Assembly (NCBI GenBank): GCA_016906335.1
Contig: JADEYG010000012.1
Location: forward strand, 372,001-436,000
Direction of reading: 5' to 3'
DNA: 64,000 nt
From: Novakomyces olei
Lineage: Eukaryota
Both the position numbers and the translations under genes were made by a program. Below, in pieces: positions 10,752-24,072 of this stretch. Position 1 is the first letter of the stretch; each line of letters begins with the position of its first letter. The notes beneath the pieces are model-generated. The model was not told the origin of the DNA and did no database searches. It worked only from the letters and a program-made list of their open reading frames with translations.

Positions 10752-12700
10752 ATGAACAATTCAGTAGGCGAATCCTTAGCGACAGACCCCAATGGCCGTG
10801 GAACAAATGGAATTGAAGCGCGGCCGCAGTCTCTGTCTCCTGCAGCTGAATCAGCTGCGCAGGAAAATTCGGCGTCTATTCCTGAACCGTCAAACAATTG
10901 CTCTCCAAACGATTGCTCTTTAAATGCTGGCTCTGTTCAAGCAGAGTCGCTTGATGCTAAACTCGACGAGGAAATTGGGGGTGGAAATATCCAGCCAGCA
11001 CTAGACGCGAGTGCCGGGGCAGAGGAGCCTGCGCGTAAAGGCGCTGTTTTTTTTGGAATTATTTTTGCACTTTTCCTCCTCAGTTTTGTTGCTGCCGTGG
11101 ACGCTACTATCGTCGCCGTCGGTCTTAGTACGGTGACACGTGACTTGCACGGCGATAGTGTTACGGCTTTCTGGATCAGTACTTCGTTCCTTATTGCTTC
11201 GACTGTAGTAATGCCCATTGTCGGCTCTGTCTCTGAAATATTCGGTCGCAAGGCTTGTGTGCTGGGAGCTTTGGTTTTTTTTACTCTCGGCGCTATCATT
11301 GCCGGCGTCGCTCAAAACATGGCGACTATCCTCGCTGGCCGGACTATTCAGGGCGCTGGCGGCGGTGGGATTTTGGTCATGTCTGAGATTGTTATCGCCG
11401 ATATCACTACCCTCGCGGAACGTGGGCTGTACTACTCTATTATCGCCATGGCGTGGGCGCTCGGTACTACTGTGGGGCCTTTACTCGGCGGTGCTTTTGC
11501 ACAGACAAACTGGGTAAGCGGCTTTGTTTATTTATCTTGTTTATGACTTTGTTTTTGCTTATATATAATACATAATATACCTTTATTATATACTATTATT
11601 GTTTGTCACTACTAACAGCTCAGCGATGGATGTTTTATTTCAATCTGCCATTTTGCGGAATAAACGCCGTGCTTGTCTTGTTTCTGTTTAATCTTCATTT
11701 GGAGCACGCACACTTTTTTGATCGACTTAAGCGCGTCGATACAGTGGGCATAATTCTTTATGCCGCGTCCATTACATCGTTTCTTGTTCCTCTTACGTGG
11801 GGTGGAAGCCTTTTTGCGTGGGATTCTTGGCATACGCTTGTTCCCCTCATTCTCGGTGCTGCTGGAACAGTTGCGTTTTTGATTTACGAGGCGTTTGTAC
11901 CAGTTGAGCCGATGCTGCCATTGCGCCTGTTCAAAAATTATTCAGTTTTCTTCGGTTACGTGGGCGTGTTCTTTCACAGTATCATTACCTGGCTGTGCAT
12001 ATACTATCCCAACCTCTATATACAGGGTTCACGATTCGCCAGTCCCATGCGGTCGGCAGTTGTTACGCTCGGACTTTCTTTTACAATTGCTCCGGCCGCC
12101 GGAGTTTGCGGGGCCGCGATCGGCGCAAAGGGCTACTGGCGCCCTTGGGTCTGGGCGGGATGGATATTTACTGTTGCCGGATCTGGAATGTTTTTCCGAT
12201 TTGACGTGGGCACCTCGCTTGCATATATTGAGGGGACATTTGTGGTTTTTGGCATCGGCGCCGGAATTTTATTCTCGGCAGTTCAGTTTTCCGTCGTTTC
12301 AGGGTTGACCGAATTGGATACTCCTTTGGGACTCTCGGCATTTGCCCTTTTGAGGTCTTTGGGACAAGCGTTTGGTGTAGCGGTGGGTGGGATTATTTTC
12401 CAGAATGGGTTTCAATACTATTTGCCTCCAGAGATTGCACAGCAGCTGCCGGACATTGATCCTGTGGCTATTATCATTGAGCTGCATTCGGCCCCTGATT
12501 CTCCGGTGAAACGCGAGTTAGCTCACGTTATCAGCAAAGCAATTCACCGGGACTATTATTTTGTTTTGGCTGTGGCCGCTTGCGCATTGCTTCTGTCTTT
12601 GTTCCAAAAGAATTTTACTTTAAATCGCCAACACGAAACCAAACAGGGGATTAAGCACAAGAAACGCGTTCAAGAGAAGGAGATTAGAGGTACAGTTTAG
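10752..12700 (+). CDS. MFS transporter, 14-TM DHA2/ARN-like drug:H+ antiporter family; 2 exons
   Basis: DATIV, GSVSEIFGRK, GRTIQGAGGGG, GPLLGG and W|RWMFYFNLP motifs. Intron 11514-11623 (GTAAGC..ACTAAC..CAG). Confidence 0.9.
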
Positions 12701-12826
12701 TAGTGCATATAGGAATTACGATAAAGGTGCTTTGATAAATAATTACATGAATCAACCGATTCATATTTCCAGAGTTGCTCGTAATATTGACCAGGAATAA
12801 TGATTTTATTATAGAAAACAATCACC

Positions 12827-12839
12827 AGGGTTAGGGTTA
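12827..12839 (+). promoter_or_regulatory. Interstitial TTAGGG box
   Basis: AGGGTTAGGGTTA between the convergent MFS and GCN2 3' ends. Confidence 0.4.
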
Positions 12840-12975
12840 TCGGGCTACGTTTGTGGATTTCCGCTGTTTAATAAGCGACTACAACTGCCTTCAATCAAAT
12901 AAACGGTCGTTGCTAAATTGTAATAAGTTTATAAAATATTTACCCAAACGCCATCTCAAATATAAACAAAATGTA

Positions 12976-15900
12976 TCACTCTTGCGCAAGTATGTACAGC
13001 GCAATTTGGTAGCGGCCTCTAAAAGAACAAATCCAGCACCATTTAAAGCCTTGCTCTTGAGCGCGACGCAACTCAGCCTGAATATCGTAGATATAATCGC
13101 GTCTACTGGCACTGCACTTGCTAACAAGTCGCCTCCAGCTTTCCTCATTACCGGGCGAGGTTGCCTTTAAGGCGCTAAACTCCTCCGGATCCAAATCAAT
13201 AGCATACGTTGGAACTCTCTGCGAGGATTCTAAAACTGCTGCCACTGAATCGTGCACTTTGGTCATTGCATTTTGCTTTTGCCTGCCTTTCTCTTTCCTT
13301 GGTTTTGTTGCTGAGCCCAAGAACTTTACATTCAACTCGTTTACGTCGCTGTTGCCTCCTCCAAAGCTGTTCATACTGCTACTATTAAAGCCGGACGGGT
13401 GAGCAACTGACGAAAAATTGCTTCCACCCATTCCGGCTCCTCCACTGCCTCCTCCAATGGTTGTTTTTGCGGCCCTTTTCAATCGATGATCAACTTCAGG
13501 GAGCGTTTTATTGTCCGGACAAGAGCGTAAAATTTCCTGAATCTCTCCGTATAGGAAAATGGGAATTTCATTGCGTAAAAGCTCAGAATCCTCTCCCGTT
13601 ATGAGGTTACGAACACGCCAAAACTGAGGCGCCGATGTACTGTGCCTTTGCCTTACCATTACTGTATGTGTGGCTCCACTGCCGCGAGCCCACGTTGCAA
13701 GTTCGTCATTGTTTAATACTGGCTGAGCTATATAATCACAGGCAATGCCCATGTCCCATAATTCTGTGGCGATTTCTAGCACATCGGCAATAGCAGATTT
13801 ACCAATGCTGCCTACAATAACGTCACACTGCAATTAGAATGTGGAAAGAAAAAGATCTTGAAAATTGATAAAAAATATAAATTGAAAAATATAAATTGAA
13901 AAATGAAAAAATGAAAAAATGAAATTTTAGTAATAGATAATTCAAAAAATAAAAGAAAGGTTGAAATTAAAATAAGCCAATAAGGTAATTCCAAGACATT
14001 AAAAACTATAAAATAAAATAATAAAATAACACAGAGAAGCACAGGAAAAGATCATTTAAAATATATGTTTTCCAACAGACACATTAAATACAAATCAATT
14101 GATTATACAATAAACACAAGGCAACATAATAGTACGTAATAACACAGAAAATCATGAAAATAATTTGAATAAAATATTACCCTAGGACAACCCCCTCGCT
14201 GGTTTCGCCGGGGGGATTCAAGCGACCTCTTTTGCATACTTAAATCCGTTTGGGCGACGAGCAATTCTGCCATCTTGTCCAATCTAAAAGCAACACCAAC
14301 GCACGAAATATTGGTATTTTCGCGCATGTACTGGCGCTGGAATCTTTCAATTAAAGCATCGTAGCGTCCACCGTAGCAGAGCAATTCTTTCCTTGTGGAA
14401 ACGGCAACGGCCTGTATCATAAGACCCGTGCGATCCCTCGAGGCATAATAATCATAGTTATAAACACCGAGCGGTGATAACTTCACATCAGTCTCCAGAT
14501 TGAGAGGCACTAAATAATCCCTTATTCTACGGATATGATGCAATATATCTTGCAGTCGGCCCCGATTAGCATGGAACCCGGGGACTAGAGACAATCTCCG
14601 TTCAACTTCGTCCAAATCTTCTTGAAAGTCAAATAGCTGTAGAGCATCCAGCGAGCTGGAAGGCACAAGCGACTGTTCTCGAAGCTCGTGCCTGATTTGC
14701 TGCCAAGTTGAGGTAAATCCTAATTTGCAAATAATCGATGAGAATTGATTCCGACGACCGTGATCCACTTGGCAATAATCCATGACATCATTGTATAGCC
14801 CGGAATGGTTAATGTGTATCTTGTACGCTCGAGTAGGAGGCAAAAATTGCAGTGCCTGATCAATTGCTTTTAGCAATTCTGCCTCATCCATTGCCTTGTC
14901 CGAGAGACCATCGTGCAATATATCAATGCCGGCCTCGTGGTGTGTTAGAAATTGGCCACCGCCCAAAGGATTTTCACGGAAAACCGGGCTTATAGAATGA
15001 GACTTTTTGAATCTAAAAGTCGTTGACCTGACCAGAAACCGGGCAAAAGGGAAAGTCATATCATAACAAAGCTGGACAACAGTTCCCTTGCGATCAATCA
15101 GCTTGGCCACATCGAAATTGGCGGGATTAGAGGCGGAATTGCTATGAATTCCAACGCTACTATTGCCCGGCCCCAATCGAATATCCACACAGGGATGAAT
15201 CAAAAGCTCTGGTCTTTCAATCGAGCCATGGCACCGGAAAATAGACTGTAAATACTCGCCAAGTTTAACAAACGTCAATTGCTCTAAAGCATTGATCGGC
15301 CTTTGTATAGAATCATAAACAAAATCTTGATATCTATCAGGCACCTGCTCAAACAAGGTATTCAAAAGCCGACGATAATGTGGGCTTTTAGGATCAGACA
15401 GGGCTTTAAGGCCCAATTCAACGTACTCGTCTTCCGCTTTTGTGGGCAGCAAATTGCTCTCCAGCAGCTCTCTGCTTGAAGGCCTCAGCGTAGGATTGTG
15501 CTGTAATAACTGCAGTACAATTTTAGTCTGAGGACTGTCGGTAGAAAATTCCTCCACTGTCTTCACCGCATCTGGAGACTTTCTGATGAGAGAAAGAGTC
15601 CTCACCCTCTCCATAAACGTATTGCTATGGTGCCAAAGCTCGAAAAAAATGATACCAAGCGAGTACATGTCCACTTTTGCACCGTAGGCAGAATTGCTAT
15701 GTTTAAGCAGCAACTCTGGAGCAACGTAGAGCGCCGTGCCTACTCCACTAGTTAAATCGTTCAAGTCATCCGTGATTTTTTCATTATTTCTAACGGCACT
15801 CTCACCGATTTTGCTGCTGCCATCATTGTAATCACTGTCATCGCCTCCCTGGTCAAATCGCTGTATATTAAGAGAGGCATTCTGGTACTCCGTGGCCAAT

Positions 15901-18465
15901 CCAAAATCACCGATTTTTACATTCAACCGGTCGTCAAGGAAAATATTGCTCGGCTTCAAATCTCGATGGATCATTCCCTGCTCATGAATATAGGCCAGCG
16001 CCTCCAATATCTGTCGAAAAAGCCTCCAGATTTCCGTGTCCTCCACGGCTCCATTCATCACATCCAACAGGGTTTTCCTCTCGCAAAACTCCATTTGTAT
16101 ATACAGAATGGCAGCGTAACCAGGTAGTCGCCGGACCTCTGCCGATTCCGAAGGATTCAAGGACAAAGAGGCCGTTGAACTCTCCCCCAAACTGCCTGCC
16201 TGTGACCCATGACTCGATTCTTTTGCCACATCAGAATACCCAAAGTATACTTCAACATGAGAGTCTCTGTCGCCAGCTGTTGACATTCCTCCGTAATCAT
16301 CAGCATTGAAATCAATGTTGCTTAGGCCGGACAATGACGGTGTAGCCAGCGCTTTACTGTTAGCCTCGCTGCTTGCACCAGCTTTAGCCTGTTTAAACGG
16401 ATCAGCAGAGGGCCTCATTTGCTCCTCCACCCAAGTTGCAAAGTACCTCACTATATGCTCATGATTAAGCCGGGAAAGGGTGACTACTTCCCGCAGGATT
16501 CGCCCATTTTCACGCTCGTTATCAATTAATTTGATTTTTTTAATTGCGTAATACCTTCCATCAATCCTGTTCTTGGCCTTGACTACTTCACCATACCCGC
16601 CTCGGCCGAGCACTTCAATCTCTTCAAAATCGTTCTTGTATCTTGAAAACTGGTTGAGCTTAGGTCCAAGTTCTGTGTGGCTCATTGACGATTTTGACCG
16701 GGCTGCGGCTGCCAAATCTACAGCCGACGGAGTAGCTGTTTCACCGTAATTTTCACGAGATATAAGGGCAGCAGAAGGTCGAGCTGCATGAGTTTGAGCA
16801 CCAACAAGACTATGCCCAAGCCGAACAAAATGACTTGTCAGCAGGTCTGTAGTACCGGCTCGCCTCTTTGGATCTTTTCTGAAAATTTGGGTTAAAAAAT
16901 CGATCACCGGCCGAGGCCAGGCCGCTTCAAGGGCTCGAACAGCCACAAATGGACTGGCAAAATCTTCGAGTAACGATTGTCCGTAGAGCATTTCAAAGCA
17001 AACGATTCCATAGTACCAAACATCGGCTTTTCTTGTAATCGCAGATGCTGAGGAGGACTGGTGCTGTTGAACGACCTCTTCAGGAGCTCTCCATCCTTTA
17101 GGCAGCTGATCTACCATAGAAAGAACGATATCCTGAGGTCTCTCGACGTTTTCCTGGCTCATCTGCGCCAATAGGCTGGGGAAACCTGCGTCACAAAGAC
17201 AAGCAGTGGCACGATTTCCAATCTTTTCAAGGGTCACGTTCTTCGTATGAATAGCTCCATGACACAACCCGTTTTTGTGAAGCTCAGAGAGACCTTCTAG
17301 TACGTCAATCGCCAGGGTACGAGCCTTCTCCAGCTCCAAGGAGCCACAGGCCTCTAGTAGCGAAGATAAGGATCCCAGGGGACAAAATTTCTCTACTAAA
17401 TGAAGGTTAATTCCACCCGTTTCATTTGACGAAGCCTGATACTCGTAAAGGCTGACAATGTTGGGGTGCCTGATAGTACGCAGTGACTCCAGATTGGTCT
17501 CCAAGACTTGTAAGCTCTTTCGCCCAGACGTTGACTGCCAGTATGGAGACCTGAATCTAACTGCTTTTAGTACTAGTTTTAAATCCGACTCCTTTGTAGG
17601 CGATTTTGGTTTGCACAAGTACGTGATTGATTGCTTTCCACAATAAAAAGGCACAAAGTTTGTTAGTGCGTTAAACGAAATTGATCCGGCCTTATATGGT
17701 ACGTTTATCGGCCTCTCAAAGACTATAGTTTCCGGGATTGAAACAGACGCTTTCCCATCGAGCACTAGAGCGCTATCTGAAGTCGTAGCGCCAGCATCTT
17801 TAAAAGAAGCCGCCGGCGAAGGATCTCTTGATCGATCTGAGGGAAAAGCGGCGGCAGCGTTCCGTCTTCTGTTCTTTTCCTGTCGTCTAGATTCCTTTTC
17901 AATCATTTCTTGTAGCAGCGAATCTTCTTCCCGTTGAGCCTGGTTTTGCTGGTGCAAAGCCTGGCTTCGTATTTCAGCATCCTGGGCATCTTGTGCCTCT
18001 AGCCTTTGATTACGCTCCTGATCCAGGCTAGAAAGTCTCTGCGAAATATCATTCTGCCACTCGTTCAGATGGTCCTGCACACAGCTGGCAATCTCATAAA
18101 CTGCCTCTTGTCCAACTAGCTCCCGTAATTTGCGTGCTATTAGAGCATCCAGCTCAGAGCATTGAAACTGGAATATATTATGTGAATTTGCAAGTTTCAC
18201 AGTGGGCGACGACGAACGCGGATACTGTACTGGCAAATGGAAAATGACATCAATAGAAGCCGCCTCTTTTGCATTGGACGCGTTGGCTCTCAGTTTTAGA
18301 GCGAAACGCCGCTCTGGTTTGGCCTACAGTGTTAAGACGACAAAATTAACTTTGTTCAATTACCCCCCAGGCGCTTTTAACGGGAATTTCTTGGAAATCG
18401 TCCCCGTAAATAGCCTGAATTGCTTCAACTTCCACATCCTGTTCCGACGTGGCGTCTACTTCCAT
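12976..18465 (-). CDS. GCN2: eIF2-alpha kinase Gcn2 (RWD, pseudokinase, kinase, HisRS-like and C-terminal domains)
   Basis: RWD start [17 protein letters not shown]; kinase motifs [43 protein letters not shown]; HisRS-like region with GGRYDALI. A short intron follows SAWG, and there is a 353-nt intron at 13828-14180. Confidence 0.95.
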
Positions 18466-18858
18466 TCTTTCAATCCATTGCTCAACTAGTGCCAAAGCTC
18501 ATGCTTTTAATATGAATATAAATAAATAAATATAAATATAAATATAAATAAATAAATAGATGGCTAATTATTTATATGTATAATATACGCACGCATAAAG
18601 AATTACACGACTTTGTTATTGTTGGCTATTTATTACATACATACAATCTGACTATTTGATAATTTATTAAAAACACGATAAATAACAATTATATGGCAGA
18701 CACGTTTGTTTACATACACAACATTGCGCTCTACGCGCACAGGCGTAAATCGCGCAAAATGTTTACGACGGGGGGTAAAACGAGCAAACAATTGCAAAGT
18801 TCTTTGTTGACTTTTAGATGTAGCACAAACGCCGGCAGCTGCTTGGGTTCTGAAGTCT

Positions 18859-20286
18859 ATGGGACTGAATTTCTTTGATAGATCTGTGCCCGAGACACCA
18901 GTACCTGCGGCAATTAAATCGTTCCCGTCCAAACGGAAACTCGGCAACGGCGGAGAGAAAAACTTTAAGAATGAGCTTCTGCGTCAGCTGCATGCAAAGG
19001 CTGGTAAAGAATTGCCCACAGAAACTCCGTGTAATGAGCAATTGGATACAACTTTGCCGACAGAATTTCCGGGAAAGTTTCCTCGCGGTACTCCGGCATT
19101 GACCCCAGCCGTAGCCCGAGATCAGTCTCTAGGGCCTTCTGGAAATGCAGCTACTGGCTTGACCAAAAATTCAAATCAAATTGCTCAGACAAGCGTTTCT
19201 AATCAGACAAATTTGTCTGCAAAAGAGGCTAAAATGAACACCAGACAAAAAGACATAGTACAAAAAGAGGACTCGAGACAGAAGGAAATAGTACAGAATG
19301 AAAGAGACCAGCATGACAGAGTGCAAAATGAGAAAGTGCAAAACTCGTCAAGAAAGCAGAGCGATTTGCCCTCAAAATCAGTACTCAAAATAGGGCCTCC
19401 CTCTCAGTCTGCGACTGTGCCCGGCCAACAAGAGCCGCCTCGTTTGAACACGCTGGATAATGATTTGGCTCGGCTCGTGTGTACAACAAAAGCGGAGATT
19501 GAGCGACTAGTGATCTGCACAAACAAGTACTTGGGTACTGATGCCAATGTGCAGCAAGAAGAAGAATTAAATAATCCAACAACGGTAGCTGGAAGGTACT
19601 GGCGACAACGGTGTCGAGAGATGGAGAAACAGACAGAGGACATTTCAAAGTTAAAACAAGATTTGCAATCTACGTTACGCTTTGTCATGGAGAGGCAACA
19701 ACAGTTTTTGACTCAGAAAATACAGGAATCGAAAAAGCATACAACAACCCACAATGCCAATTTATCGCAAAAATCCTCTTTGCCAACACGGGAACAATTG
19801 CTTGAGCAACTTGATCAATTGAAATCTACTTGTTCGGAAATGAAGAGGCAAGAGCGTGTAAAGGCGAGAGAAATGAATAGTCTCAAGGCAGAGATTGAGC
19901 GTTTAAAAAGGGAGAAAATGGAGTATTCACATAAACCCACTAAACTCGGCAATAACGATGATTCGTCTGCAGTCGCAGATTTCTCAAAGCCTACGAAAAG
20001 ATCAGTCTCGGGACCTTTAGGTGCAAATAATAGGGCTTCTGCTTTGAGGCAGACAGCAGCCCTTCATCGGCCTTCATCTGAATATTTGAAACAACGTTAT
20101 GGCGATAATTATTTACCCCCTTCTTCGATTAATCTTTCTGATTCTATACAAATTGATACCAGTATAGGTGGACTGGCACGTCGGGAGGCTGCAGAACGAC
20201 GTCTCCAGGAAAAAAGACGTCTTTTGGCACTCCGTTCTGCTCAATTGGACAAGGAAAATTCTCGCTTTGAAGGGAGAGTTTCATGA
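18859..20286 (+). CDS. Coiled-coil protein, Cut12-like spindle pole body component
   Basis: LPTEFPGKFP and LNNPTTVAGRYWRQ segments resemble the fungal Cut12 domain; long heptad-rich regions. Assignment from motif recall only. Confidence 0.55.
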   Translation: MGLNFFDRSVPETPVPAAIKSFPSKRKLGNGGEKNFKNELLRQLHAKAGKELPTETPCNEQLDTTLPTEFPGKFPRGTPALTPAVARDQSLGPSGNAATGLTKNSNQIAQTSVSNQTNLSAKEAKMNTRQKDIVQKEDSRQKEIVQNERDQHDRVQNEKVQNSSRKQSDLPSKSVLKIGPPSQSATVPGQQEPPRLNTLDNDLARLVCTTKAEIERLVICTNKYLGTDANVQQEEELNNPTTVAGRYWRQRCREMEKQTEDISKLKQDLQSTLRFVMERQQQFLTQKIQESKKHTTTHNANLSQKSSLPTREQLLEQLDQLKSTCSEMKRQERVKAREMNSLKAEIERLKREKMEYSHKPTKLGNNDDSSAVADFSKPTKRSVSGPLGANNRASALRQTAALHRPSSEYLKQRYGDNYLPPSSINLSDSIQIDTSIGGLARREAAERRLQEKRRLLALRSAQLDKENSRFEGRVS

Positions 20287-20806
20287 TTGTATATATATTT
20301 ATTGAGACTCAATCTTCTTATTGTGCACGGTATTTCGACGTTGAGCGGATTGTAAATATCAATATTTTTTTGAATAATTATATTTTATAATTTAATTTCG
20401 ACAATTGGACGGCATTTATTGCACAAATTGCATAAATTGTAGAGCTGGTTTTTTAGTCAAGCATTTATGCATTGTAGAATGGTGCAATTGTCATCAGAAT
20501 TAAACATTTAGTTATCTGTTTACGCGATATCATATCCAATACAATCAAATTCTCTAATTATTGAGATTTTTAAGTTCAATCCATTGTTTCTTTTGTCACT
20601 CGCTGTCCGTGGTCGAGGATAAAGTTTATTTATTTTATATTTACTTCTCTACGTGCTTATCTTATATTCTAGCTCATCCTTTAATTAACTATAAAAAGAT
20701 TATTTGGTAAATAATAAAAATTAAAATACCAAATCAATTATATGATAAATCACCACAAAACTGCTGTTGGCACCAGCACAAAGAGCAGCAATTGCCGCCT
20801 TTCAAA

Positions 20807-22503
20807 ATGGGCATCCTAGAAAAAATTTCAGAAATTGAGGTCAGATTCAATGCATTTATTACCTTTGGACTCTTGGCTAATATCGAATCTATCAGGCCGA
20901 AATGGCGCGAACGCAAAAAAACAAGGCCACCGAGTACCACCTTGGTCTGGTACGCACATTAATGGAAAGCTCACATTTCTAATCAATAAGCTCAAAGGAA
21001 AATTGGCAAAATTACGAGCACAGCTATTAGAACCTCAAGGGAAAAGTGGACGGCCAGGAGAAGGCTTTGATGTGACAAAATCTGGAGGTACGACCGACTT
21101 GCTTATCACAGGCTTTGTTCTTCTAACCAAATAAAAGACGCACGAGTTGCTTTTGTCGGCTTTCCTTCCGTGGGAAAGTCTACGCTACTATCGAAAATAA
21201 CAAAAACGAAGGTAAGTGTATTTAAGGCGTTAATTTCCACCCATTAATATCTCGATTTCTGAAATTTTACTGATATTTCTTCTAGTCTGAAATTGCAAAT
21301 TATGAGTTTACAACACTTACAGGTAAGCTGACGGATTAGCTTTTAAATTTGAACTAGTACTCTCAAAAGTATTATTAAGTTCGAGCATCAGGCTTTTCGA
21401 TATATTTTTATTTTTATTAATTATTGTAATTAATAAAATTCATTATTTATTTTAATTATTTATTTTCTACATTTCGTTTCTCTTTACTATCTTCGTTCTC
21501 ACTTTCTTCACTTTTACGCATCTTCTAACAATCTGTAAAGCCATTCCAGGAGTTTTAGAATATGACGGTGCAGAAATTCAAGTGCTTGATCTCCCTGGTA
21601 TCATTGAAGGTGCTGCACAAGGCAAAGGCCGTGGTCGTCAAGTGGTCTCTGTCGCAAAAACTTCCGATCTTATTCTCATGGTTTTGGATGCCTCGAAAAG
21701 TAGCAATCAGAAGCAAGCACTAGAACACGAACTTGAAGAAGTGGGTATTCGGCTCAACAAAAATCCACCAAATATTTCTTTCAAAGCGAAGACCACGGGA
21801 GGCATCAAGTTTAATTCTACGTGTAAACTTACTCATCTGGACCAGAAAATGGTTTACAATATTCTTCATGATTACAGTGAGTTTTGCTGTTTGATTTAAC
21901 TTAAATTGATTCCCTTATTTATTCTGTTCATTAAGACGTTGACTGATGATACAGAAATTCACAATGCCGATGTTTTGGTCAAAGAGGACTGCACAGTAGA
22001 CGATTTTATCGATGTGCTAATAGGAACACGGAAATATATTAAATGCTTGTATGTCTACAACAAGATCGACAGTGTCAGTCTGGAGGAAGTCGATCGTTTA
22101 GCGCACCTACCACACTCTGTTGTAATCAGCTGCGAAATGGATTTAAATCTGGATTATTTGAAAGAACGAATTTGGGCGGAGCTCGGTCTGTTACGCATTT
22201 ATACAAAACGGAAGGGCGCGTATCCCGATTTTAGTGAAGCCCTGATTGTAAAGGATAATTCTACTATTGAGCAAGTGGTATGAATCCCGAATAAAAATAA
22301 TAATTAACGCCTATCTAGTGTAACAGTATCCATCGGAGTCTTGTCGAGCAGTACAGGTATGGGTTCGTCTGGGGCCAATCAGCCAAATTTTCACCACAAA
22401 AAGGTATGATAAAAACATTATTATTATCAAACCCCTTCTGACAATAGTCGGCTTGCAACATGTCGTGGACGAAGGCGATGTCGTTTCAATCGTAACAAAA
22501 TAG
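20807..22503 (+). CDS. RBG2: Developmentally regulated GTP-binding protein Rbg2/DRG2; 9 exons
   Basis: [45 protein letters not shown] and NKID motifs plus a C-terminal TGS domain; 8 GT-AG introns. Confidence 0.93.
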
Positions 22504-22556
22504 TGGATACAATAATAGATCCATTTCTGCTTATTGGAATACTTCTATTAATTCTT

Positions 22557-23473
22557 CTACTTTTGTATCTCGTGAGGCCTCAACCGAGTATTGATCCACC
22601 ATTCATGGAATCGTGTATCACCAGTCAGCTCCGGGTGGAAACTTGTCCCGAGAAAGTTATCCTGCTCCACAGCAACGATGACGTTGCGCGTTTCTTTGCT
22701 CCCGGGTAGAGTGTGAGAAATTTCAGCCAAAATTTTGACTGCAGGAGAATCACATGATTGTACAATGGGAGCGCGTATAAAAGTGCCAGGGAAGTGAGCC
22801 AGCGGCAAATGTTTACCGTCCGAGGACCCTTGGCCGGGAAACGAATTGTTTGCCGGTAAATTCTCTTGACTCTCTCCCTCATTTGCGTCTCCTCGATAAG
22901 GAGTTATAGTCGTCTGGAACGAGAGGGTCTGAGCTCCGAAATAATTGCGTAAAACTGTAACGTCCTTTTTATTAGTTGATCAAAGAAAGTATTTAAAACT
23001 ACATGAATAATTCAAAATAAAGTCAAATAAAAGGACAATAGGCAAACCCGTCAATTCAAATTTCACACAAAACAAGACAGTAATTGAGCGTTTAAAGTCA
23101 AACGAGAATAGTACACCAAACACGAAATCAAGCTCACCATTGCTTTAAACAAAAACTGACCAGGACGGCCGTGCACCACATGCTTGGCCAGCAAGATCAA
23201 GCCAGCGCAAGTTCCCCATACTGGCCGCTTTAAATTGAACATATAATCCAAAAGGTAAGCTTTCAGTTCCTCGTCAGCGTCTAGCAGTTTGCCGATCGTA
23301 GTTGATTCGCCGCCTGGCAGAATAAGGCCGTCTAATCCGTCGGCAGGAACATCGCGTAAAGAGCGGATAGCAATAGCGCGAGCGTCGGGGACGTGTGAGA
23401 CATAGTCAATATGTTCCGCAAAGGCGCCCTGTAAGGCGACAACGCCGACTATGACAGGCCGCGAAATAGTCAT
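22557..23473 (-). CDS. SNO1: Pyridoxal 5'-phosphate synthase glutaminase subunit (Pdx2)
   Basis: GVVALQGAFAEH, LILPGGEST, WGTCAGLILL, RNYFGAQ, FIRAP and TSFHPEL motifs; one intron. Confidence 0.95.
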
Positions 23474-23736
23474 CGTATAATATCTACTAAAAAATTAACA
23501 AAAAAATCGACAATTATTTATCCACACATAATCTGTTCACATCTATAATTATATCTATATTTAAATGAGGTTCGAGATAAGGAGACAACGCGCCTATTTC
23601 TGCAGTACGCAGGACAGATTAAACTCTGTGATTGTCAAGAAATATTAGAGTGGGCGGTCAAAAGTTAGGAGGCAAGTCAAGATACACGCTGATAACGAAA
23701 GTATCTGATCCTGGCGCCATCGGCGGCCTGTATAAT

Positions 23737-23754
23737 TTAGGGTTAGGGTTAGGA
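23737..23754 (+). promoter_or_regulatory. TTAGGG box in the SNO/SNZ divergent promoter
   Basis: TTAGGG TTAGGG TTAGGA. Confidence 0.55.
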
Positions 23755-24072
23755 TTAATAGTGTAAGTATGACATTTATTATCGATTACTATCAGATCAT
23801 TATCGCCGCCCATACTACGAGACCGTATCATTACTTTGTACGGCTCAATTCCTATACAATAAATACTGCTTGGGGGACAGACGAGTGAGAATAAATTAAT
23901 AAATAATAAAAAAGAAAAAAGAAAAAAGAAAAAGAAAAAGAAAACCAGACGTCGAGATAAGCGCGCGATTTGTTTCTGGCTTTGCAAAGAAAAAAATTAT
24001 ATAATAAACTTTATCATCGTGGAAACACTGGTCTGAATCAAATATCAAAGTCCAGCGACGAAATTATCAGAT

